From Bdellovibrionales bacterium (lineage in GTDB: Bacteria; Bdellovibrionota; Bdellovibrionia; Bdellovibrionales; UBA1609), in assembly GCA_050246815.1 (NCBI GenBank), contig JBFWVI010000001.1, positions 22,184-86,183 of the forward strand: a stretch of 64,000 nucleotides of DNA, in the 5' to 3' direction. A model generated the notes under the pieces. That model saw only the letters and a program-made list of their open reading frames with translations. It made no database searches and was not told the DNA's origin. Both the position numbers and the translations under genes were made by a program. Position 1 is the stretch's first letter, and every line of letters begins with the position of its first letter. This document shows positions 47,054-55,072 of the stretch, piece after piece.

Positions 47054-47196
47054 CGTGTGCTCTCCTGTATTTGAAAGGGCCGATTTTGCGGGTTAATCAT
47101 GGCGGCGCCAACTGATCGCGCCGCGCGTCATTCTCAATTGGGTTGCAGATGTTGAAAATGCTGCCCGGCGCCGAATCCCCAGATTAAGTTTCGCCA

Positions 47197-47433
47197 ATGA
47201 ATTTAAGCGAATGTCCCTTGCGTCAGCTGGCCGAAGTGACCGAGGTCAGCGGCGACGCCCACTTGAGACATCGGTTGATGGACTTAGGCATTTACGCCGG
47301 AGTGTTGGTGGAAGTGGTGGGTGCGATGCCTTTTTCGGGACCATTGATTATTCGCGCCCAGGGCGCCACCTTGGCGTTACGCCGTGGAGAAGCTGCGTGC
47401 ATTCAAGTGCAGGCCCGCAAAACGTTATCCTAG
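47197..47433 (+). CDS. feoA: ferrous iron transport protein A
   Basis: 78 aa, FeoA/SH3-like: LRQLAEVTEVSGDAHLRHRLMDLGIYAGVLVEVV. Confidence 0.8.
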   Translation: MNLSECPLRQLAEVTEVSGDAHLRHRLMDLGIYAGVLVEVVGAMPFSGPLIIRAQGATLALRRGEAACIQVQARKTLS

Positions 47434-49289
47434 TCGGTCCACCCAACTCGGGTAAGACGACCTTGTTTAATTGGCTGACGCATTCGCGTTTTCGCGCGGT
47501 CAATTATCCCGGCTCCACCGTGGATTGTTTACGTGGCCACAGCCATGCTAGCTTTGGCCGTGCATTGAGTTTGATAGATTCACCCGGAATTTATGGCTTG
47601 CGTGCCGAAGCTCAAGACGAGCAGATCACTTTAAAACTACTTCATTTCGACAACTCTATGGGGCACTTGGACGCGGCCATCGTGTGTGTGGACAGCACCC
47701 AACTGGATCGTCATCTGCCTTTGGTTTTAAAATTGAAAAACATGGGGTGGCCCCTGGCTGTGGCGTTGACCATGCGCGATTTGGGGCAAAGCTCAGGGCA
47801 GCGGATCGATCGTGTTGAGCTTGAAAAATTGTTGCATACACCGGTTGTGGAAATTGATGGCCGTACCGGCAGTGGAGTCAGTGAGCTGATGGACCAGGTG
47901 CGGGGTCTGTCATCTTTAAAATCGGATACTGTGAAAGTTGCGAAACCACCGTTGGACGAAGCCAGTGTGGCGAAACAGGTGCAGGAGTGGTTGACACGTA
48001 TTCGTCAATCGCAGGCCCAGATGAAAGGGCCGGCCCAAACCACGGCGAATTTGGATCGCTGGTTACTTCATCCATTTTGGGGCTTGCTTGGCTTTGTGGC
48101 TGTGATGGTGGCGTTATTCACGGCCGTATTTTGGTTGGCGGATCCGTTGATGGGTTGGGTGGATCAGGGCTTTAGCGCCTTGGGCGGAGCTTTGCATCAA
48201 GTTGTAGGCGCGGGACTTTGGGCCGATTTCTTGGCCGATGGAGTGGTGGCAAGTTTTGCCGCAGTTTTGGTTTTTGTGCCGCAAATTCTAATTTTGTTTT
48301 TTGGCTTGGGATTGCTTGAAGACTCGGGCTATTTAGCACGGGCGGCGACGTTGATTGATCGGCCTTTGTCTTTTGTGGGTTTGAGTGGACGAGCTTTTGT
48401 ACCACTCCTTTCGGGATACGCCTGCGCCGTACCGGCGATCATGGCGGTCCGCACGATTCGATCGTCGCGCGAGCGCTGGCTGGCTATTGCTATAATTCCT
48501 TTGCTTTCATGTTCGGCACGGTTACCAGTTTATGCTTTGCTTTTGGCTTTTTTATTTCAAGGGCGACCGGCCTGGCATTCAGGCCTTGCTTTGGCCGCGA
48601 TATATTTGGGCTCGGCCGTGGTCAGCGCCATGGCCGCAGCACTTTTGAATCGTTTGGTGCAAGGCGGGGGGGCTTCGACATTCTTGATGGAATTGCCCTT
48701 TTATCGTCGGCCACAAATGGCGATCGTGATTCGCCATGCGCTGACCCGTACCCGGGGGTATGTGCGGCGCGCGGGGCCGGTGATTTTTTGTTTGGCTTTA
48801 GTGCTTTGGGCCGCCACGACGTTTCCGCGGCCAGAAGCGGATGTCGCAAGTTCTGAGGCCGTTCGGCAAAGTTATGCGGGTCAAGTGGGGCAGTGGATCG
48901 AGCCGGTGTTCAAACCCTTGGGTGTGGATTGGCGTGTGGGGGTCGGGCTGCTTTCGGCCTTTGCCGCCCGCGAAGTTTTTGTCTCGGCTTTGTCGCTGGT
49001 TTTTGACGTCACAACCGAAGGCGATGAAGCTGGAATACGTCAGACTCTTTTGCACAGTATGCAGCAGGCACGGTTCACGGACGGCCATTTGATTTTCACG
49101 ACGGCCTCTGTTTTGGGGCTTATCGTATTCTTTATGATTGCGTTGCAGTGCAGCTCAACTGTGGCTATCGCCGCGCGAGAAATGGGCAGTGTGCGCTTTG
49201 CGGTGGGTCAACTGGTGGTCTTAAATGTGGTGGCGTATTTGGCCGCTGCGTGCGTGGTTCAAGTCGCCACATTTTTTGGTTGGGGTTAA
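47397..49289 (+). CDS. feoB: ferrous iron transporter B
   Basis: G-domain VGPPNSGKTTLFN followed by a polytopic membrane domain. GTG 47397 is the likely start; the ORF-track start 47211 would overlap all of feoA. Confidence 0.88.
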   Translation: MHSSAGPQNVILVGPPNSGKTTLFNWLTHSRFRAVNYPGSTVDCLRGHSHASFGRALSLIDSPGIYGLRAEAQDEQITLKLLHFDNSMGHLDAAIVCVDSTQLDRHLPLVLKLKNMGWPLAVALTMRDLGQSSGQRIDRVELEKLLHTPVVEIDGRTGSGVSELMDQVRGLSSLKSDTVKVAKPPLDEASVAKQVQEWLTRIRQSQAQMKGPAQTTANLDRWLLHPFWGLLGFVAVMVALFTAVFWLADPLMGWVDQGFSALGGALHQVVGAGLWADFLADGVVASFAAVLVFVPQILILFFGLGLLEDSGYLARAATLIDRPLSFVGLSGRAFVPLLSGYACAVPAIMAVRTIRSSRERWLAIAIIPLLSCSARLPVYALLLAFLFQGRPAWHSGLALAAIYLGSAVVSAMAAALLNRLVQGGGASTFLMELPFYRRPQMAIVIRHALTRTRGYVRRAGPVIFCLALVLWAATTFPRPEADVASSEAVRQSYAGQVGQWIEPVFKPLGVDWRVGVGLLSAFAAREVFVSALSLVFDVTTEGDEAGIRQTLLHSMQQARFTDGHLIFTTASVLGLIVFFMIALQCSSTVAIAAREMGSVRFAVGQLVVLNVVAYLAAACVVQVATFFGWG

Positions 49290-49336
49290 CCGCTATTTAT
49301 GAGATGGGCTCTCTAACTCATGAGGGAATTCAAAAC

Positions 49337-50653
49337 ATGATATTGGCGCGCAGATGGGTCGGGCTTTTGATTGCTTGCGTTTTTTTTGATTCCACAGCCT
49401 ATGCGGCGGTGTTGGAGCTCAGTCAAGTGGTGCAGCAAGGCTTGGCTTTCAGCCCCGAAGTGAAAAAAGCCGAAGCGCAATTGAGCGAAGCGCAATCCAC
49501 AACCACCCAGCGAAAAGGTCTGCTGGCTCCTAAAATTGATTTGTACGGTTCGGCACGGCTCAAAGAAGATCCTTCTCGTTCAAGCACCAGCACCTCAACC
49601 TTTGTGGGCAATGATGAAGAGTATGATGCCTCGGTTCGTTTGGTGCAGCCGCTTTATCGAGGCGGTTTGCTTTTTAACGGAATTGAAAGCTACAAACTCA
49701 GTGAAGAGATTGAGCGGCAACGGCTGTTTGACGCGAAACAGGCTGCTGTAACTCAACTTGTATTTGCCTACTACGATTTGGCCCAATCTGAAAAAGAATT
49801 GGTGGCTGCCGAAGAGCAGCTGGAAGTTTTAAAAATTTACGCTGATATCGTGCGCCGGTATGAACAAAATGGTCGCTCTAGACGTATGGATCGCCTGCAG
49901 TCCGAAGTGAATTTAAGTTTGACCACTGCCGATCAAGTGCGACTGCTTCGCCAGCGCAACGTATCTTCGGATATGTTAAAAAAGCTTTTGGGTCTTGGCA
50001 CAGGGGGAGAGCCCTTGTCTGGAAAAATGCCGACTTTGCCGACGGCCGTCCCGCCGCCCGCTTTTGGCCTGGCGTATGAAACCATGTTGAAAAATAATCC
50101 TGAAATGAAAGTGGCCGAACTAACCAGGCAAAAGACTGATTTTGACAATGCCATCGAGCGGGCTGAGGACCGGCCGACCCTCAACATCGAGGGAAGTTAC
50201 GGCTATCGAGCGGCTGAGCGCCCGGATTGGTTTGCCGACAATTCGAACTATTACACCATCGGGCTTTTTTTAACCGTCCCGTTGTTTTCGGGCTTCACCA
50301 GCTTGGCCAAACGACGGGTGCATGCCGAACGCCTGACACAAGATGAGCGCACGATTGAAGTGGTTCGTTTGGACCTCAGGCAGAGACTGCAGCAGTCGCT
50401 TTTGGCGCAAAAAAGTGAATATGAACGCTTAACCACGGCTCAAACGGCCGCCAAACTGGGGCGTGAAGCCCTGTTGTTGGCCAACAACTCTTTTCGCCAG
50501 GGAGTGGCATCCAATCAAGACGTTTTAAATGCGCAACGAACCCGTTACGACTCTGAACGGCTGTTGATTGAGAGCCAATTCTCGTATTTACGCGCCCGCT
50601 TGGATGTGCAGCGGCTTTTGGGCACAAGTCTACAGCAAGTTTACGCCAACTAA
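49337..50653 (+). CDS. TolC-family outer-membrane efflux protein
   Basis: Signal peptide MILARRWVGLLIACVFFDSTAYA with two OEP repeats. SD GAGGGA upstream of ATG 49337. Confidence 0.8.
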   Translation: MILARRWVGLLIACVFFDSTAYAAVLELSQVVQQGLAFSPEVKKAEAQLSEAQSTTTQRKGLLAPKIDLYGSARLKEDPSRSSTSTSTFVGNDEEYDASVRLVQPLYRGGLLFNGIESYKLSEEIERQRLFDAKQAAVTQLVFAYYDLAQSEKELVAAEEQLEVLKIYADIVRRYEQNGRSRRMDRLQSEVNLSLTTADQVRLLRQRNVSSDMLKKLLGLGTGGEPLSGKMPTLPTAVPPPAFGLAYETMLKNNPEMKVAELTRQKTDFDNAIERAEDRPTLNIEGSYGYRAAERPDWFADNSNYYTIGLFLTVPLFSGFTSLAKRRVHAERLTQDERTIEVVRLDLRQRLQQSLLAQKSEYERLTTAQTAAKLGREALLLANNSFRQGVASNQDVLNAQRTRYDSERLLIESQFSYLRARLDVQRLLGTSLQQVYAN

Positions 50654-50691
50654 GGGTTGCCGCTAGCAGAAATCGCCGGTGATAATTGGTT

Positions 50692-52311
50692 ATGGATCCT
50701 TTACGAGACTGGTCCGGCGCCAAATCCAATTCATCTGTTGCGATGTTTGCCAGCTATGGGGCGAAACTCACTGAAAATTTTGAAAAGTTCGCTCAAGCAG
50801 AGGCCATCGTCGAAGTGCCCGCGCATGGTCCCGTGCTTCGGCGAACTTACCAGCAATTCGCAGAAGATGTTGAAAATGTACGCAAATTATTGCGTGCCCA
50901 TGGGCAAGCACCAGTGGTGGCCACAATTGCCGGAAATACTTATCCACACCTGCTGTGGATAAGTGCGACGTGGCTTGAGGGGCGCACTCTTTGCCCGCTC
51001 AATCCCGATGAGGGCATTGAGCGCTTGAAGCTGCGACTTGGGCAGTTGCAGCAGCCCGTTTCACTTTGGTTTGATCGTGGTGCACCGGTGGACGTGGAAA
51101 CCTTGGGCGCGCTACCTATGCGTTGGCAAAGCAACACCACGTCGCCCCTGCAACCAGCTTGTGTCCGTGATTCCAATCGCCCCATGACGCTGATTTTCAC
51201 CAGCGGGTCCACCGGCTACGCCAAAATTGTCGAGCAGATGGAAGAGCAGGTTTTGGCCAATGCTCAAGCTTTGGTGCAACACCATGGGCTTGATGACCGC
51301 ACAGTGATTGCAACGCCACTACCTATTTTTCATGTCAATGCCTTGAATTTTTCATTTGTTTGCTCGCAGTTGACGGGTGGTAAATTGGTTCTGTTCGAAA
51401 AATTTCACCCCCATCAACTGAGTGAAATGTTGGCGCAGGAAAGGGTCCACATCTGCAGTGTGGTGCCGCACATTTTACAGACGCTGCTTGAGCGTTTGCA
51501 GACCTTAAAAAGCGAGAGCTGGGACGAACTGCGCTATTTTGTCACGGCGGCATCAGCTCTGAGTCCGCAGTTGGCGAAGGATTTGGTGGCGCGTTTTCCA
51601 AAGCGGGTGGTGCAGGGGTACGGTCTTTCTGAGGCGGTGAATTTTTCGTGCTTAAACCCGATTGATTTGAACGCTCAGGATTACGCCAAATGGATGACTC
51701 AGTACGAGCGCCCCTCGATCGGAGTCCCTGTGTGGGGCAACGACGTTTTGATTTTTGATGAAAGTGGGAAGAGCTTGGGTGTCGGTGAAAAGGGCGAAGT
51801 GGTCATTCGCGGTCAAAATGTGATGCGTGGCTATCAAGGAGATACAGGACGCCAAGTTTTTGAAGGCTCGGTGCTGCACACCGGGGATGTGGGCTTTTAT
51901 CAAGAGGACGAGACTGGTCGTCGCTTTGTGTTTATCTGCGGTCGGTTAAAGGACACGGCGAAGCGGTTGGGGCAAACCGTTTCGTTGGTTGAGATCGACG
52001 ATCTTCTGAGTGGCTGGTCAGAATGGGGAACCAAGGCCGTGGCAGTGGCCTTTGACCATCAGGTGGCGGGCGAAGAGTTGGCCGTGCTGGTGCAGGCCGA
52101 ACCCCATCAGACGGTGCCTTTGCACGAACTGAAGCAGCTTCTGGAGAAAAAGTGTCCAGACTATATGCGCCCGCGTTTGATCGGCGTGACGACACAGGCG
52201 GTGCGGACCGCTTCAGGTAAGCCCATTCGTTGGAAATTAAAACCTTTGCTTGCAAAATTTCATGACCAAATGTTTGGCCCAAAAATCATTGATATGGGTC
52301 GATTGGACTAG
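50692..52311 (+). CDS. ANL-superfamily adenylating enzyme (acyl/aminoacyl-carrier-protein ligase, DltA-like role proposed)
   Basis: Core motifs LIFTSGSTGYAKIV (A3), QGYGLSEA (A5), LHTGDVG (A7), GRLKDTAKRLGQTVSLVEID (A8) and TASGKPIRWK (A10). Confidence 0.85.
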   Translation: MDPLRDWSGAKSNSSVAMFASYGAKLTENFEKFAQAEAIVEVPAHGPVLRRTYQQFAEDVENVRKLLRAHGQAPVVATIAGNTYPHLLWISATWLEGRTLCPLNPDEGIERLKLRLGQLQQPVSLWFDRGAPVDVETLGALPMRWQSNTTSPLQPACVRDSNRPMTLIFTSGSTGYAKIVEQMEEQVLANAQALVQHHGLDDRTVIATPLPIFHVNALNFSFVCSQLTGGKLVLFEKFHPHQLSEMLAQERVHICSVVPHILQTLLERLQTLKSESWDELRYFVTAASALSPQLAKDLVARFPKRVVQGYGLSEAVNFSCLNPIDLNAQDYAKWMTQYERPSIGVPVWGNDVLIFDESGKSLGVGEKGEVVIRGQNVMRGYQGDTGRQVFEGSVLHTGDVGFYQEDETGRRFVFICGRLKDTAKRLGQTVSLVEIDDLLSGWSEWGTKAVAVAFDHQVAGEELAVLVQAEPHQTVPLHELKQLLEKKCPDYMRPRLIGVTTQAVRTASGKPIRWKLKPLLAKFHDQMFGPKIIDMGRLD

Positions 52312-52390
52312 AGCCCATCTTGCTCTGTTGAAATCCTAGCCTAGCGCCTGCGGCGTGGCTAGGATTTCAACAGAGCAAGATGGGCTCTAG
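52308..52390. terminator. 34-bp perfect inverted repeat (15-nt loop) acting as a bidirectional terminator; both convergent TAG stop codons lie inside the arms
   Basis: ctagagcccatcttgctctgttgaaatcctagcc (52308-52341) and ggctaggatttcaacagagcaagatgggctctag (52357-52390). Confidence 0.6.
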
Positions 52391-52623
52391 CTGAGATTGG
52401 TTGAGACTCTTTTTTTGTCGATCAACCGGGCCCAGCTATCCACCGTGCTCAGATTTTCGGTGGTGAGTTCGAGCGAGAAAAAACTGACTTTGAAAAACTT
52501 TTCGACTTCGCCGACGATAGAAAACAGCTCCAGGCTATTGAGCTGTTGGCTGAGCGGCTGAGTGGCGTCAAAACCCGCCACTTTTGAGCCTAGAAGTCGA
52601 GAGAGTTCATCCTTCGTTGTCAT
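52387..52623 (-). CDS. acyl/peptidyl carrier protein (DltC-like size)
   Basis: 78 aa. QQLNSLELFSIVGEVEKFF aligns to the ACP phosphopantetheine site (L-D/N-S-L followed by helix II). Confidence 0.7.
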   Translation of the reverse strand: MTTKDELSRLLGSKVAGFDATQPLSQQLNSLELFSIVGEVEKFFKVSFFSLELTTENLSTVDSWARLIDKKRVSTNLS

Positions 52624-52679
52624 CGTGGTTCAAAGGATATTATAATTTGGCAAAGCGAGCAACAACCACAGGATGCAAT
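52624..52679. promoter_or_regulatory. 56-bp divergent control region with a palindromic AT core (atattataat) giving back-to-back TATAAT boxes
   Basis: Plus-strand TATAAT at 52641-52646; minus-strand TATAAT is the complement of 52639-52644. AGGA at 52670-52673 lies 6 nt before GTG 52680. Confidence 0.35.
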
Positions 52680-53831
52680 GTGTTTCATGGTCTTGCACCG
52701 ATAGCTCTGGGATTGATCCTGGCCATCACAGCTGACGCCAAAAGCTTGCGTATCGAACGCACTCGTCAACTGCCATGTTTTACCCAGGATGAGCGATTGG
52801 GTTATAGGCCCAAACCGGGGTGTGCAGCCGATGCCGATACCGCTTGGTCCAGCACGGTTCATTACACTTTCAATAAAATCGGTTTGCGCGAACGTGATGT
52901 GGAGGAAGAGCCTGCATCGGACAAAATTCGGGTACTTTTGTTGGGCCCGGCCCTTGAAGGTGTGGGCTTAAGCGATGAGCAACTGCCCGCCCGCCAAGTG
53001 GAAAAAAAATTTAAAGACCTAGGTGTTCAAAACGTCGAAGTGCTCAGTGGTGCCATAGCGGGATATGGGGCGGGCCGTTACGCGATGATAAGTGCTGAAT
53101 TGGCCAGGCGACTAAAGCCCGATGTGGTGATCTACTTTCAAACGGGCGACAACTTCGCCTTCGACCTAATCGAAGACAGTCAAATTCTTCGTGATGAATA
53201 TAACGAGAGGCTCAGGTTCACGGGGCTATCCGTTGACGCGGCGGAATCCAGTTGGCCAGATCGGTGGAGAGAGGCGGTGGTGCGCGCCAAAATATTTTGG
53301 CAGCTTTATCGCGAAGCGAACTCCGAAGCCGAGGAAAGAAAAAAAATTCTTAAGCCTACCTGGAAGGCCTTCGAAGAGATCGCCTCGCGCTTCGGTCCTA
53401 GCACGCGTTTTTTGGTGGCTTGGGCACCCAAGACCGCGCATAATTCACGTGTCATTGAGGGTTTGGGTTTTGGTCTTGATTTTATCGCGCAGTTGATGAT
53501 TCCAAAAATTCGCGTTCCAGGCGGGGCTTTGAATCGTGAACTGCGCCGCACCAGCTACACGCCGCTGTTAGTCGGACGTGAGTTCAATGCTCCGGTGAAA
53601 AATGGTTTGGCACCAAAGCAGAATCCCCGGGTTCTCACCGCAAAGGGGGCGGAGTTTTGGGCTGAAAGCATCGTGCTTGGTTTAAACGAAGAAATAAGTT
53701 TGTTGGGAATGGGCGAGGCCACATCCAAGCATAGGGCTCAAATCTTACGCCGTCGGCAAAATGAAAAAAAAACCAAAGGGCCTCTAGAAAAAGCCAAGGC
53801 CAAAGCCCGAAATATGAAAAGAAAAAATTAA
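52680..53831 (+). CDS. secreted SGNH/GDSL-fold-like protein with degenerate catalytic blocks (DltD/AlgJ-like role proposed)
   Basis: Signal peptide from GTG 52680 (FHGLAPIALGLILAITADA). Block I-like RVLLLGPALEG has no Ser; block III-like VVIYFQTGDN is present. The C-terminus is basic and Lys-rich. Confidence 0.6.
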   Translation: MFHGLAPIALGLILAITADAKSLRIERTRQLPCFTQDERLGYRPKPGCAADADTAWSSTVHYTFNKIGLRERDVEEEPASDKIRVLLLGPALEGVGLSDEQLPARQVEKKFKDLGVQNVEVLSGAIAGYGAGRYAMISAELARRLKPDVVIYFQTGDNFAFDLIEDSQILRDEYNERLRFTGLSVDAAESSWPDRWREAVVRAKIFWQLYREANSEAEERKKILKPTWKAFEEIASRFGPSTRFLVAWAPKTAHNSRVIEGLGFGLDFIAQLMIPKIRVPGGALNRELRRTSYTPLLVGREFNAPVKNGLAPKQNPRVLTAKGAEFWAESIVLGLNEEISLLGMGEATSKHRAQILRRRQNEKKTKGPLEKAKAKARNMKRKN

Positions 53832-55072
53832 TAGCCGCGCACGAAAGTGTGAACCCACACCATCCAGATCCAAGTGATCAATACCCCAAGCCATCCCATC
53901 AATCGGGTGTTCGACGGCCAATATTTGGTCAGGATCAGCGCCAGGTAAACGCCGACGCCGTGCCAGCTGAAGAATAAAATTTTGTTTCGCACCCAAAAAT
54001 CGACATCTTCGGCGGAGCCTTCATGCCACAAATGGATCGCGCTGTAACCATCGTGCAACCAAAACGAGACCCCGAACACCGCGAACACCGCTAGAAAAGT
54101 GCTGCGGGTCTTGCGCCAAATAGGGCCAAAAATCAGACTGCGGAACCATTGATAAAAGGGAATATTCCAGCGCCGCCAACATTCAGCCGGCGAAACGGCC
54201 AGTAGGGCAAAATAAAAAGGCGCCTTTAGAGGGTGCCCCAGCCATCTTCCTAAACCCACGATGAGATTCAATACGGCCCAACTATTGAAGTAAAAATAAA
54301 GATAGGTGTTGAGATTGCGTGCCAAGCCGCCCAAGGCAAAAGCAAACAAAGCTAAAGTCACCAGTAATAAACCGGATCTATTTGTTTCTGAGAAAGGTTT
54401 TGTTGGCAATTCAAGTGTGGTGACCGGCAAACAATAGACCAGGTGCAAAGGGTTTTGCAAAAAGCTGCCGAAAGTGGCCCCCAAGGAGCTGGCCCGCCAC
54501 ATCAGAGCCAGCAAGGTTACCATCACATAGCGTTCGGGGCGAAAGCCCCACCAACCGCGATCAAGGCCGGCTGGAAAACTCCAGCCCGAGGCTTGGTTGA
54601 TCATGACCATTGCTCCGATGGCCGCCAAAATTTGCCCCGCCACTTGAATTTTGAGGTCGCGCTGGCGAAGTGCAAAAAGCACGAGGATTGGCAGAGCATA
54701 GCTTAAACCCATGCCGATCACGAGGCTCTGTATGGTGGACGTCAAAGGCAAAATCACGAAATAGGCCAAACCCACAATCGCAATTTGAAAAAATGAATTC
54801 AAACGCTGTGCGGCCGTACCTACAACCAGCAGTGCGATAAGTCCTGGCCAATGAAATGACAAAAAGGCAAAGCCGTAGGGGTTGTGTTCGAGCCACCATT
54901 GTCTTAGAGGCTCGTGATGGGTTGAAAAGATCAGGGCCGCGATAACCGCAGCGGCCAAAGCCCGCCATAAGAATTGAGGGCCGCGACAGATTTTTTTATA
55001 CGCCCAATCCAGGCAATTTTGCAGCCAGCCTTCCACCCAAGCGGGGCTACCCAGCTGCATGGAATTTTTCAC
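53828..55072 (-). CDS. membrane-bound O-acyltransferase (MBOAT; DltB/AlgI-like)
   Basis: 414 aa and polytopic. ECWRRWNIPFYQWFRSLIF matches the MBOAT FWRRWHISLS.W.RDY region. SFWLHDGYS lies where the catalytic His motif (GLWHG) is expected. Confidence 0.75.
   Translation of the reverse strand: MKNSMQLGSPAWVEGWLQNCLDWAYKKICRGPQFLWRALAAAVIAALIFSTHHEPLRQWWLEHNPYGFAFLSFHWPGLIALLVVGTAAQRLNSFFQIAIVGLAYFVILPLTSTIQSLVIGMGLSYALPILVLFALRQRDLKIQVAGQILAAIGAMVMINQASGWSFPAGLDRGWWGFRPERYVMVTLLALMWRASSLGATFGSFLQNPLHLVYCLPVTTLELPTKPFSETNRSGLLLVTLALFAFALGGLARNLNTYLYFYFNSWAVLNLIVGLGRWLGHPLKAPFYFALLAVSPAECWRRWNIPFYQWFRSLIFGPIWRKTRSTFLAVFAVFGVSFWLHDGYSAIHLWHEGSAEDVDFWVRNKILFFSWHGVGVYLALILTKYWPSNTRLMGWLGVLITWIWMVWVHTFVRGY

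Noticed and set aside
47054-47196. Possible Fur box upstream of feoA (ttaatcatgg / gtcattctcaattg)
   Set aside because: Only short partial matches to the 19-bp Fur consensus were found, which does not support a call without a PWM scan.
47211-47396. Long N-terminal extension of the feoB ORF that overlaps feoA in another frame
   Set aside because: feoA in its own frame is a recognisable FeoA. The FeoB G-domain begins just after GTG 47397, so the upstream part is a frame artefact.
49148-49336. N-terminal extension of the TolC-family ORF that overlaps the feoB 3' end
   Set aside because: ATG 49337 has an SD (GAGGGA) and gives a normal signal peptide. The extension is Cys/Gly/Arg-rich and looks non-coding.
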